A stretch of DNA of 63,111 nt from contig JAAFID010000001.1 of the NCBI GenBank assembly GCA_013297765.1, forward strand, positions 1 to 63,111, given 5' to 3'. This document shows, piece after piece, positions 39,194 through 49,101 of the stretch. A program made the translations under genes and the position numbers. Each line of letters starts with the position of its first letter. The first letter of the stretch is position 1. The DNA is from Cytophagales bacterium. GTDB lineage: Bacteria > Bacteroidota > Bacteroidia > Cytophagales > Cytophagaceae. The notes below the pieces were generated by a model that was not told the origin of the DNA, did no database searches, and worked only from the letters and a program-made list of their open reading frames with translations.

Positions 39194-40396
39194 TTAATTT
39201 AATAAAAATCTAATCAAAAATAAGGTGGGCAATATTTCTGAAATACAAAGGTAAGAAAATAAATATAGATTTCTAAAATGGGTGATTTTTGTTGTGATAT
39301 AAAGATTTTTTATAAGTAAAAGAATTAATGTAAGTATTAAGCACACTCTCAACCAAATTGCGAGTGTTTGGTGAGATATTAAACCACTTAAATCCGCTAT
39401 AAAATAGGTGAGGGAAAGTAAAATCATACATTTTAGCAACAATTTAATGTTGTCGAAAAAATGAATTTTAACCAACTGGTCTTGTTTAAAAAACCAACCT
39501 AGGGTATTTAATGCCAAAAACCGAAGCAGAAAAAAAGCAAAAATCCATGATGACAACAGTAAAATATTTAAAAAGTTATTATCAGAATGATGGGCGAATA
39601 GCTGCTGTGCGGTATCAAAAATAATAGGCGATTGTACCGAATATTGGGCCAAAAATGCCATCAATAATGAAGTCAAATATATAATTCCTAAAATAGAAAA
39701 ACGCCAAAGATGTAGCAATTGTGTGTCTTCTAGCAAATTATTTGAAAGGATATTTCTAAATCCTAAAAAACTAAAGGAAATCTCATTATCCGTATTTTTA
39801 ATGGTGGCAATTAAAAATATAGCGACCAAAAAAATCATGATGCTGCCTTGATGTGCATAGCTTCTTTTTCTAATGGAAGGTTGGAATGCAGAAATCTGGT
39901 TTTTAAAGTTATTGGACGCTAGCATTTTTTCATGTACTGAAACAATATACATTTTAGGAATTTGTACTTGTGCCGCTGTATTGTAAATGCTTACAAAAAA
40001 ATTGCTAGAATAATCGACCATTAAACTACTAATGGGAAGTAATTTGTTGATTGTTGACGAGGACACATTTCTATCTATTAACAAATTATTGATAAATAAG
40101 GTTGATTGCGTGGGCAATACCACCATCAATTCAAAATTTGTGTACGATGCAACATTAATCCATTGATGAAGAATGCGATGGTTTGCAATTTCTTGATTAG
40201 TGACTGGAATATAGGTTGCGTATTGCTTGCTGTAGATAAGCCAATCTTCGTCTAACGATTTTACGATTGTGGTATCTGTAGTTATGGGTTTGCTATGGGC
40301 ATAAATATTCTGAAGAATAAGTATTAACAAAAGTAACAATATGGATTTAAACCAATTAGATGGCAAAGGCAAACGATAAGATGCGAAAAAAACCAT
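39194..40396 (-). CDS. polytopic membrane protein (DUF4271-like C-terminal region)
   Basis: 400 aa. Signal/anchor, then an extracytoplasmic region of about 180 aa, then about 6 TM helices. Family assignment is from memory of the Bacteroidota DUF4271 / HemD-like gene pairing. Confidence 0.5.
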   Translation of the reverse strand: MVFFASYRLPLPSNWFKSILLLLLILILQNIYAHSKPITTDTTIVKSLDEDWLIYSKQYATYIPVTNQEIANHRILHQWINVASYTNFELMVVLPTQSTLFINNLLIDRNVSSSTINKLLPISSLMVDYSSNFFVSIYNTAAQVQIPKMYIVSVHEKMLASNNFKNQISAFQPSIRKRSYAHQGSIMIFLVAIFLIATIKNTDNEISFSFLGFRNILSNNLLEDTQLLHLWRFSILGIIYLTSLLMAFLAQYSVQSPIIFDTAQQLFAHHSDNNFLNILLLSSWIFAFFLLRFLALNTLGWFFKQDQLVKIHFFDNIKLLLKCMILLSLTYFIADLSGLISHQTLAIWLRVCLILTLILLLIKNLYITTKITHFRNLYLFSYLCISEILPTLFLIRFLLN

Positions 40397-40506
40397 TATT
40401 GATTCATTGAATGATGTAAATTTATAACATAATTAGGTTTTTAATATAACTTTTAAAATTTATAGTTTGAGTATTGCACAATAGTCAAGTTTAATTTGGC
40501 TATGAT

Positions 40507-41769
40507 TTAATGCAATAAACCCAATGCATGAAGCAGTTCCAATTTACTTTTTCTATATTCATATTCATTGTTATAAAAAAGTTTTTCCGCATCAAACCAC
40601 GCTTGCTCTGATTCCCAAAGGTCAACTTCGGTTTTTTTGCCTTCTACAAATAATTTTCGCACACTAGTCATTAATAACTGTGAGTCTTCTAACATTCTTT
40701 TTACCCTAGTTTTATTAAATTCATAGTTTTGATACGAAATGAGACTTGTTTTTATTTCCGATTGAATTTGCAAAACAGTATAGCTATTTGTTGCTTTTGA
40801 AATGGATATATTGGTTTTCGCTTTTTGTTTCTCGGCTTGATTTCTGTCAAATAAAGGAATGGGTTGGGTGAGAAAAAAACCAAAATAGGGAATGGTGTTC
40901 TGTGGGTTTGCAATTACCCCAAATTCGGGCGTGGGAAAAGAATTTGAGCGTTGCAAAGCCAAATTAATTTGTTGACTTTTTGTGTCAGAAATTGTTTTCA
41001 AATAATCTGCTCTATGCACATAAGCAAGCTGATAAAGAGAATCTAAGTTTTGTGAAATGGGAGTGTCGAAAAAAGTATCGTTCATATTAATGGTAAGCGT
41101 ATCGACAGTGGCCGTAAGCAATTTCAGCGTTTCTATTTCTTGATTGTAATTGAGACTGGCATAAGCATAAAGCATATCGTACTGGTCGTCCAAAATCTTA
41201 AATCGCAAAAATTCCAAATCTTCAGGTTTCAATTTCTTGGCTTTGGTAAGGTTTTGCAATAAAAGTACAGCTTCATTGGCAATGTCTTTATTGATTTGGG
41301 CAAACCATAGTTCAAGCCAACTAATGGAAACGTCGTAAGCAAGTTTTCTTTTGTAATCTGCAAATTCCAAATGGCGGGTTTGTAAATTCTGATTTTGTAG
41401 GGCAATCTTATTTTTTCGTTGCCCTAGCACTTGCATTCTTTTGGTCAGTTGAAACCAATCTTGACGGTTGTACGGACTGATATACAAATTATTATCAGGA
41501 TAAAAACGTGGGTTAGTCAGCATCAATATTTGTGCATTAAAGGTAGGATTTGGGCGGATTTTTGATTTTTCGACTTCAATTATTGCCAACTGATTGTACC
41601 ATTTTTCTATTTCTACTGCGGTATTTCTATCTAAAGCCAATTGGATAGAAGTACTAAGGGATAGATTTTGTTGTGCGTTTGCTAAACTTCCACCAAGAAA
41701 GCAAAGTACGATTAGAAAAGAAGGCGAAATTTTTGAATACCAGAGTCTCATTGTAAAAAATTTGAGCAT
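40507..41769 (-). CDS. TolC-family outer membrane efflux protein
   Basis: 420 aa. Signal peptide ending ANAQ and two-repeat OEP-like helical/beta pattern. No adjacent membrane-fusion or inner-membrane pump genes. Confidence 0.75.
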   Translation of the reverse strand: MLKFFTMRLWYSKISPSFLIVLCFLGGSLANAQQNLSLSTSIQLALDRNTAVEIEKWYNQLAIIEVEKSKIRPNPTFNAQILMLTNPRFYPDNNLYISPYNRQDWFQLTKRMQVLGQRKNKIALQNQNLQTRHLEFADYKRKLAYDVSISWLELWFAQINKDIANEAVLLLQNLTKAKKLKPEDLEFLRFKILDDQYDMLYAYASLNYNQEIETLKLLTATVDTLTINMNDTFFDTPISQNLDSLYQLAYVHRADYLKTISDTKSQQINLALQRSNSFPTPEFGVIANPQNTIPYFGFFLTQPIPLFDRNQAEKQKAKTNISISKATNSYTVLQIQSEIKTSLISYQNYEFNKTRVKRMLEDSQLLMTSVRKLFVEGKKTEVDLWESEQAWFDAEKLFYNNEYEYRKSKLELLHALGLLH

Positions 41770-41903
41770 CTAATTTACAGAGAAATCATTTGACAAATAA
41801 TAATTGGATGATACAAAACCAAAAGAAATTCAAAAATAAATGTCAATTGCAATTATCTAACCCTTTCTCTACTAATTTTGTGTTCAAGTTTTATTTCTAT
41901 TTC

Positions 41904-43025
41904 ATGGCAGGTATTTACCTTCACATTCCTTTCTGCAAGCAGGCTTGCCACTATTGTGACTTTCATTTTTCTACAAAACTGCAGGGTAAAGCAGATTTTG
42001 TAAAGGCATTAACACAAGAAATTACCTTGACCCAAAATTACCTTGGCAACGAAAGTATAAAAACCATCTATTTCGGTGGCGGTACACCTTCAATATTGAG
42101 CTTGGGTGAGTTGGAAAATATTTTTGAGGCTTTAAATGAAAATTATTCACTAAGCGAAGTACAAGAAATTACAATCGAGGTAAACCCCGACGATGTCGAT
42201 GCCGAAATGCTAATTGGTTATAAAAAATTAGGAATAAATAGACTGAGTATAGGTATTCAAAGTTTTGACGATGGGCATTTAAAATTTACCAATAGAAATC
42301 ATCAAAGTAGCCAAGCCATAAAGTGCGTGAAAGATGCACAGGATGCAGGATTTGATAATATAAGTATTGATTTGATATATGGTATTCCTTCTCCATCGCA
42401 CGCCGTGTGGGAAAAGGATTTGGCAACTGCACTGGCACTAGAGGTGCAACATATTTCGGCCTACTGCCTAACGATAGAACCGCAGACTGTATTTGGCAAA
42501 TGGAAAGCGAAGAATAAAATGACCTTTGCCACCGACGATTTCGAGGCTGCACAATTTGAAATATTGCTGGAAAACTTGAGTGCAGGAGGATTTGAACAAT
42601 ACGAAATTTCCAATTTTTGCATCAATGAAAAATATGCATTGCACAACACCAACTATTGGCTAGGTGAGCATTATCTGGGCCTAGGACCCAGTGCACACTC
42701 GTTCAATGGGCAAGAGCGGCGGTGGAATGTAAGCAACAACAACAAATATACTGCTGCTATAACAAATGGAAATTTATCATTTGACAAAGAGCAATTAACC
42801 GAAAGAGACAAGGCAAATGAATACATTATGATTGGGCTGCGTACCAAATGGGGATTGAATTTGGGAATACTTGCTGAAAAATATTTTACACCAATTTCAA
42901 AAATAGAAAAGTATTTATTGGTTTTAGAAAAAAAGGGTTTAATCGTGATAGAAAACAACATCGTTTACCTTACCCAACAGGGCAAATTGCTAGGTGATGA
43001 AGTTTCTGCCGAACTATTTATTTGA
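41904..43025 (+). CDS. hemW: radical SAM heme chaperone HemW (coproporphyrinogen-III oxidase-like)
   Basis: The internal ATG at 41904 gives MAGIYLHIPFCKQACHYCDFHF (CxxxCxxC), with the HemN_C-like domain at the C-terminus. The upstream 38 codons of the track ORF look non-coding. Confidence 0.85.
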   Translation: MAGIYLHIPFCKQACHYCDFHFSTKLQGKADFVKALTQEITLTQNYLGNESIKTIYFGGGTPSILSLGELENIFEALNENYSLSEVQEITIEVNPDDVDAEMLIGYKKLGINRLSIGIQSFDDGHLKFTNRNHQSSQAIKCVKDAQDAGFDNISIDLIYGIPSPSHAVWEKDLATALALEVQHISAYCLTIEPQTVFGKWKAKNKMTFATDDFEAAQFEILLENLSAGGFEQYEISNFCINEKYALHNTNYWLGEHYLGLGPSAHSFNGQERRWNVSNNNKYTAAITNGNLSFDKEQLTERDKANEYIMIGLRTKWGLNLGILAEKYFTPISKIEKYLLVLEKKGLIVIENNIVYLTQQGKLLGDEVSAELFI

Positions 43026-43081
43026 ATGAACTTTAATTTTAAAATTAATAGTATATTTGCACACATAGGAAAATTTATTTC

Positions 43082-43456
43082 ATGACTTCGGAACAAAAGA
43101 AAGCTTTTTTACTGTTGAAACTAGTGATATTTAATTATCACGGTTTGGATGATGAAGAGAAAAAAATTCTTGAAGACACTGCCGTTAAAATTGATGGCCT
43201 TGCAGAATTGAAATGGGCCTATGATTTTTTGGAAGATGACTTCTACGCCAACCTAGACAAGGCTCGTGCATTTTTTAGTGAAACTATTGGCACCTACGAT
43301 CAAGATACCAAGCTGAACTATCTAAATATGGTTTGGGATGCGACCAAGTCTAAAGGCTATATCAGTGAGATGGAAGCAACTGGCATATTGAAAATGGCCA
43401 AAGACTGGGGCGTACAAAAAGAACTACTTGCCTTGATAAGAAAGCCTGCACAATAA
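43082..43456 (+). CDS. hypothetical helical protein (possibly TerB-like fold)
   Basis: 124 aa, acidic, all-helical. Its loose resemblance to TerB-like modules is a weak call. Confidence 0.35.
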   Translation: MTSEQKKAFLLLKLVIFNYHGLDDEEKKILEDTAVKIDGLAELKWAYDFLEDDFYANLDKARAFFSETIGTYDQDTKLNYLNMVWDATKSKGYISEMEATGILKMAKDWGVQKELLALIRKPAQ

Positions 43457-43464
43457 CAATTGCC

Positions 43465-45117
43465 ATGCACAAGCTAAGTGTTATACTATGCTTTTTGCTA
43501 TTTTTTATTTCCATAGATGTGGTATATCCACAAATCAAATCACCAACATTCATTCCCTCCAAAAACGATACTTTACGAGGTGGTTCTTTTCAAGAACGTA
43601 CTTGCTACGATGTCTTTTATTACGACTTAAAAGTAAAATTTGATTTAAAAAACAAAATGCTGAGTGGTAGCAATACCATATTCTTTCGCACCACTCTAGC
43701 TACTAATTGCATACAATTAGATTTATTTGCCAATATGGTTATAGACAGCATTGTTTATGGGGCTGTGAGGTTAAATACCTCTCGAGTTTTAGGAACTTTT
43801 TATGTGTATTTGCCAAAACTTTTAGAAGCTAATAGGACTGAAACTATTACTGTATATTATCATGACTCACCTACTGTAGCTGCCAAACCACCCTGGGATG
43901 GGGGCATAATATGGCAAAAAGACCCCAACCACAAACCTTGGGTAGGCATGGCTTGCGAGGGGTTGGGGGCAAGTAGCTGGTGGCCTTGCAAAGATATGTT
44001 GAGCGACAAACCTGATAGTATGCAATGTATGTACGAAGTGCCTAAGAGTTTGGCTTGCATAGGGAATGGCACTTTTGTAGGTAAACAAAAATTGTCTCGT
44101 GGTTATCAAAAATATACTTGGAAAATAAGCTACCCTATTAGTGCTTACAATGTAACATTCAACATTGGCAATTACCGACAGTTTCAATACCAGCATCGCT
44201 ACAAAGAAGATTCACTGGCGATGGATTTTTACGTGTTGCCCCACCAATTGACTAAAGCAAAAAAGCACTTTCTTCAAGCAGATACTATTCTTCAGGTATT
44301 CGAGCAATTATTTAGCAAATATCCATTTCAAAAAGATGGGTACGCCCTAGTGTCATCGCCTTACCTAGGCATGGAACATCAAAGTGCTATCGCTTATGGC
44401 AATGAATTTAAAAAGGGGTATTTGAATACAGATTTTATCATACTGCACGAAACCGCACACGAGTGGTGGGGCAACCATGTAGCGGTAGATGATATGGCAG
44501 AAATGTGGATTTCAGAGGCTTTTGCGACCTACAGCGAATGGCTTTATTACGAATATGTGTATGGGAAAAAATACGCTATGCCCTACGCCCTGCATCAACG
44601 CAAAATGATTGAAAACAAAATGCCGATGTTGGGCAATAGAGAAGTTAATTTTCCTAGCCTAGAAAATATTGATATCTATTACAAAGGTGCGTGGATGCTG
44701 CATACCTTGCGAAGCTGGGCAAATAACGATAGTCTATGGTTTGGCACGTTGCGGGCAATTCAAGATACTTTTGGCCTGCATACCATCAACACACCGCTAC
44801 TATTGGATTTTGTGCAAAGGAAACTGAGCGTACCGCTTAAAGTGGTAGCAAATTATTATTTGACCAAAACAGCAATTCCAATCTTTGAATATGAAGCCTT
44901 GCCTTTATCAAGCGAGGAATGTTTATTTCGCTACAGATGGGTGGTAGATGATTGCAATGAATTCAATATGCCAGTAAGGTTATTGATTGGCGGTAAAGAA
45001 AAATTATTGCCGGCGACTACAGCTTGGCAGAGCAATGTATTGACTAATGAGGAATCGAAAAATATTCAATTTCCATCAACTGATTATTTGGTAGCGTTTA
45101 AAAGGAGTGATGAATGA
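43465..45117 (+). CDS. M1 family metallopeptidase (aminopeptidase N-like), secreted
   Basis: 550 aa. Signal peptide, zinc motif HETAHEWWGNH, and downstream WISEAFATY glutamate (HEXXH-X18-E). Confidence 0.85.
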   Translation: MHKLSVILCFLLFFISIDVVYPQIKSPTFIPSKNDTLRGGSFQERTCYDVFYYDLKVKFDLKNKMLSGSNTIFFRTTLATNCIQLDLFANMVIDSIVYGAVRLNTSRVLGTFYVYLPKLLEANRTETITVYYHDSPTVAAKPPWDGGIIWQKDPNHKPWVGMACEGLGASSWWPCKDMLSDKPDSMQCMYEVPKSLACIGNGTFVGKQKLSRGYQKYTWKISYPISAYNVTFNIGNYRQFQYQHRYKEDSLAMDFYVLPHQLTKAKKHFLQADTILQVFEQLFSKYPFQKDGYALVSSPYLGMEHQSAIAYGNEFKKGYLNTDFIILHETAHEWWGNHVAVDDMAEMWISEAFATYSEWLYYEYVYGKKYAMPYALHQRKMIENKMPMLGNREVNFPSLENIDIYYKGAWMLHTLRSWANNDSLWFGTLRAIQDTFGLHTINTPLLLDFVQRKLSVPLKVVANYYLTKTAIPIFEYEALPLSSEECLFRYRWVVDDCNEFNMPVRLLIGGKEKLLPATTAWQSNVLTNEESKNIQFPSTDYLVAFKRSDE

Positions 45118-45252
45118 TGAGTCATGAGTTATGAATGATAAGTTTTGAATAAATGGCCAATGAATTTTCAATAATAATTTTTTAGAAAATCATTCTTAGA
45201 AGAATGAGTGTAAATTTTAAATTAGTAAATTGATATTGTTGTAATTTAAACT

Positions 45253-45711
45253 ATGGAAAGAATATATTTGGACACTTCTATATTTGGAGGATATTTTGAG
45301 CCAGATTTTGAAGTGTGGACAAAAGTACTTTTTGACAGAATTTCTAAAGGAGAATTTAAAGTTCTTGTTTCAAGACTAACAGACATTGAACTTCAAAATG
45401 CACCACAAAAAGTGAGAGATTTGGCTAATTCCATACAAAAAAACAATATTGAGTGGTTAGATATCACAACAGATTCAGTGCAATTGGCAGACAAATATAT
45501 AGGTGAAAAAGTGGTGGGAAAAACTAGCCATTCCGACTGCATTCATATTGCAATAGCGACATTAAACTATGCAGATGTATTGGTAAGTTGGAATTTTAAA
45601 CACATTGTAAATCATATTAGAATTAGAGGTTACAACGCTGTAAATTTTAAATATGGACATAAAATACTTGATATACGTTCACCCAGAGAAATTTTAGAAT
45701 ATGAAAACTAA
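45253..45711 (+). CDS. PIN-like domain protein (putative toxin)
   Basis: 152 aa. N-terminal IYLDTSIFGG (first acidic residue), TDIEL, and SHSDCIHIAIATLNYADVLVSWNFKHIV resemble PIN-fold nucleases of the WNFKHI type. Confidence 0.55.
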   Translation: MERIYLDTSIFGGYFEPDFEVWTKVLFDRISKGEFKVLVSRLTDIELQNAPQKVRDLANSIQKNNIEWLDITTDSVQLADKYIGEKVVGKTSHSDCIHIAIATLNYADVLVSWNFKHIVNHIRIRGYNAVNFKYGHKILDIRSPREILEYEN

Positions 45712-45859
45712 AGAAATAGCAAATGAGAAATCAGTTCTTATGGAACTTCGTAGCATAAGAGACCAAATAAGCAATGAATTAACAGGTATGACACCTGAAC
45801 AAATTGTGGCTTATTTAAAAAAGAAAAAAACACTGCACTCCTTATCAGTTTGGAAATAG
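45701..45859 (+). CDS. unannotated 52-aa ORF overlapping the PIN-like gene stop (putative partner/antitoxin)
   Basis: My own translation: MKTKEIANEKSVLMELRSIRDQISNELTGMTPEQIVAYLKKKKTLHSLSVWK. Its ATG at 45701 overlaps the upstream stop (45709-45711) by 11 nt, which suggests translational coupling. Confidence 0.4.
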   Translation: MKTKEIANEKSVLMELRSIRDQISNELTGMTPEQIVAYLKKKKTLHSLSVWK

Positions 45860-45928
45860 CTGGTTTTATCAGCCTATTTTATGCTTTGAGATTTTGTAAA
45901 GAATAATTTCCTATCCCTGATTTACTTC

Positions 45929-48871
45929 TTACTCAAAAATAGAAAAAATATCATCTTTAGAAAGATTTTTGACAAAGCTTTCTTCCGTAGTGATGAGGTC
46001 GTTGGCTAGTTTCTTTTTGTTGTTTTGTAGGTGCAATATTTTTTCTTCTACTGTATTTTGACTGATAAATTTGTAGGTAAAAACGGTATTTTTTTGCCCT
46101 ATTCTGTAGGCTCTATCTACGGCCTGTGCTTCTACGGCTGGGTTCCACCAAGGGTCTAGTATAAATACATAATCGGCAGCGGTAAGGTTGAGCCCTACTC
46201 CACCTGCCTTGAGCGAAATTAAGAAAACCTTTACCTCTTCATTGTTTTGAAAATATTCTACTTGTTGTTGGCGGTCTTTGGTAGCACCGTCTAGGTAGGC
46301 ATAAGTGAGGTTTTGCTCGTCAAATATTTTTCTAAAAATAGAAAGGTGTTTTACAAATTGACTAAAAATCAAAATTTTGTGACCATTGGACAAGGCACTT
46401 TCTGCCATGTGCAACACATCGTTCAGCTTGCCCGAATTGCCTTCGTAGTCGTCGTTCACCATGCGAGGGTGATTGGCAATTTGTCGCAATTTGGTAAGTC
46501 CTTGCAGCAGCAACATGTGCGAGCCACCTATTCCTTTATGTTCTATGGATAGTAGCATTTCATTTCTAAAAGAAGATTTTACCTTTTCATATTCCTCCTT
46601 TTGATCCGCAGTCATTTCGCAGTAGTGCACATTTTCAATTTTGGGCGGTAGGTCAGTGGCTACTTGCGATTTGTGCCTTCGTAGTATAAACGGTTTAATG
46701 ATGGTATATAATTTTTTGCTGCGTTGCTCATCATTTTTCTTTTCTATGGCATTCAAATATTGAGTTCTAAAGAAATTTTCAGAACCGAGCAAGCCTGGGT
46801 TGATAAAATTCATTTGTGACCATAGGTCAAGGGTACTGTTCTCAATAGGCGTACCCGTGAGTATCAGTCGATGTTTAGAGCGAAGTTCTTTTACCGCTTT
46901 GGCAATGTTGGAATCAGGATTTTTTATCGCCTGCGATTCGTCGAGAATGATGTAATGAAAATAATATTGTTTAAACAGTTCAATATCTGCACGGGTAGTG
47001 CCATAAGAGGTGAGTACCAAATCATATTTTTCAAAATATTCTGGATTTCTATTTCTATTCGACCCTGTATGGTTGTATATGGTGAGTTTTGGGGCAAATT
47101 TTTTGGCCTCCATTTCCCAGTTGTACACCAGCGAGGTGGGCATAATGAGCAAACTGGCATTGGCAACTCCTGCTTCTTTCTGTGCTTGAAGTAAAGCTAG
47201 CGTTTGTACCGTTTTACCCAGACCCATATCGTCGGCTAGGCAACCACCAAAATTGTATTTGTTCAGGAACTGCATCCAGTTATACCCTGCTTTTTGATAT
47301 GGTCTCAATTCGGCCAAGAAGTCGATAGGTAGTGGGCTGTCTTCTATCTCTTCAAAATTTTTGAGGTCTTCGAGTTTTTGTGAAATACTTACTTTCGCAT
47401 GGTTGCTATATTGCAGCTCTTGCACCAAAGCCAAGTGATGCTTTTGCAAAATAAATTTCTTTTCATTGTCGTCACCATCTTCTATGTATGAAAATAAATC
47501 GGCATAGCGGGTAAACCACTCTTCGGGAATTACAGCTACCTCGCCATTGGGCAATATTATTTCTCTTTTTTTGCGAAGTATAAATTGGCGAAGTTGCAAG
47601 AATGGAATTTCGTATTCGCCAAACTTGATAATGGCCATAATGTCGAACCAATCATTGCCTTCGGTTACCTCTACTTGGATAGACGATGCCCCTATAAAAT
47701 ATCTTTTTTCGTCTTTGATGTTTTGCTGTATTTGGTAGCCTTCTGCTAGCAACTGATCTCTATATTGGTTAAGCCAATAGAATGATTGGGCTTTGTCCAT
47801 CGCCGCCTTTCCATGTTTAAGGACTAGCCCCAAACTTTTCATATATTCCAATATTTGTTTTTCAATTTCTCGCAGTCGCTTTACTTTATGAAATATGTAG
47901 CTGTCTGCTGTTTTTTCCATTTTTACAAAACTGGGGGCAGTAGAATCGCTGTTGAACAAATAGTTGCCATATTGAAAACTAAGGCTAAATACTATTTTGT
48001 CGTCGGCATCGTGAACTGCCGCTAATGTATTGTCATTGTTTGCAAAAAGCGTCATGGCCGACCTAGCATTTGCCAATTCTGAAAAAGTAATCACTGGGCA
48101 CACCTCATAAACTTCTGAATTGATGGTAAATCCTTTGGCATGCACATCAAAGGCGGCCACCAACGGGGCAACGAATTTTTCAAAATACGTTTCTTCTACC
48201 TTTTTGGGAATTACAATAAATTTTTTATTTAAAAATGGTCTTAATTTGTTGCCGTCTATGTCTTTGTCAAAGTGATACATCGTTTGGTCCACCAGCAACC
48301 ATGCAGGTGTATTGCACACGATAATCGCATTTTTGTATTGAAAATCTATCTTTTCTCCATTGCATTTGATGGTGGGGAAATAATGCGTATTATCTTCGTT
48401 ACGCATGAAGTGGAATAGTATAGAAGCCTTATGTGGAGAGGTGAACAACTCTTTATGTGTGGGTTCACCATCGTTGCCCATTTCAAAAACCATTTTATTT
48501 TTTAACAATGGCAAGACTTCAGATTTTTTGTCTTCAATAAATCTATGTATGGCTTCTTGAACTAGTGTATCGCCCCTTTCTTTGTGAAACACTTTAAGAA
48601 AAAACTCGTTGGCGGTAACTTTTTTATTGTAAAATTTCTTGACAATATTGTCTTGCTGCATGCTGTCTATCAACTTGAGCAACTGCACATCATCGGCATC
48701 CATACCTGCGGAAAACTCGGGGGCAAGTTGCGAGGTAATGTGCTGGTGCTTTAACGTTAGTCGCTCTTGCTGGTCTAGCTGCACAGCGTAAGCCTCAAAT
48801 ATATAGCCCAAATACTCGTGCTGTAACAGCGAGTAAACCAAACGAAACGGAAGTGATGTAGATACCCTCAT
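45929..48871 (-). CDS. SNF2-family helicase/ATPase with large N-terminal domain
   Basis: 980 aa. Motif I LADDMGLGKT, motif II ILDESQAIKN, motif VI QAVDRAYRIGQ. The first roughly 500 aa resemble the bacterial SNF2-associated N-terminal region. Confidence 0.9.
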   Translation of the reverse strand: MRVSTSLPFRLVYSLLQHEYLGYIFEAYAVQLDQQERLTLKHQHITSQLAPEFSAGMDADDVQLLKLIDSMQQDNIVKKFYNKKVTANEFFLKVFHKERGDTLVQEAIHRFIEDKKSEVLPLLKNKMVFEMGNDGEPTHKELFTSPHKASILFHFMRNEDNTHYFPTIKCNGEKIDFQYKNAIIVCNTPAWLLVDQTMYHFDKDIDGNKLRPFLNKKFIVIPKKVEETYFEKFVAPLVAAFDVHAKGFTINSEVYEVCPVITFSELANARSAMTLFANNDNTLAAVHDADDKIVFSLSFQYGNYLFNSDSTAPSFVKMEKTADSYIFHKVKRLREIEKQILEYMKSLGLVLKHGKAAMDKAQSFYWLNQYRDQLLAEGYQIQQNIKDEKRYFIGASSIQVEVTEGNDWFDIMAIIKFGEYEIPFLQLRQFILRKKREIILPNGEVAVIPEEWFTRYADLFSYIEDGDDNEKKFILQKHHLALVQELQYSNHAKVSISQKLEDLKNFEEIEDSPLPIDFLAELRPYQKAGYNWMQFLNKYNFGGCLADDMGLGKTVQTLALLQAQKEAGVANASLLIMPTSLVYNWEMEAKKFAPKLTIYNHTGSNRNRNPEYFEKYDLVLTSYGTTRADIELFKQYYFHYIILDESQAIKNPDSNIAKAVKELRSKHRLILTGTPIENSTLDLWSQMNFINPGLLGSENFFRTQYLNAIEKKNDEQRSKKLYTIIKPFILRRHKSQVATDLPPKIENVHYCEMTADQKEEYEKVKSSFRNEMLLSIEHKGIGGSHMLLLQGLTKLRQIANHPRMVNDDYEGNSGKLNDVLHMAESALSNGHKILIFSQFVKHLSIFRKIFDEQNLTYAYLDGATKDRQQQVEYFQNNEEVKVFLISLKAGGVGLNLTAADYVFILDPWWNPAVEAQAVDRAYRIGQKNTVFTYKFISQNTVEEKILHLQNNKKKLANDLITTEESFVKNLSKDDIFSIFE

Positions 48872-49101
48872 TTTACAAAAAAAACAATTTCTAAAATACG
48901 GCTTTATATGTTGCGTTCCTAAAAAGTACCGCCGTTTATTGCATAGAAAAATGAAACCGAGGCAAGATTTTTTATTCCCCCATAGGAAAAACGATAGAAA
49001 TAGTGGATTGGTGAATATTTTTATGTCATATTGTCAAATAGTCTAGTTTCGCATAAGAATTGTAACACGAATTTCATTCACTTTTAAAAAATAATAGGAT
49101 T

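Noticed and set aside
45118-45180. Run of ATGA/TGAATGA-like short repeats after the M1 peptidase stop (gatgaatgatgagtcatgagttatgaatgataag).
   Set aside because: This is a low-complexity stop-codon-rich spacer with no higher-order periodicity or coding potential. A short hairpin CATTCTT-AG-AAGAATG further downstream is probably just a weak terminator.
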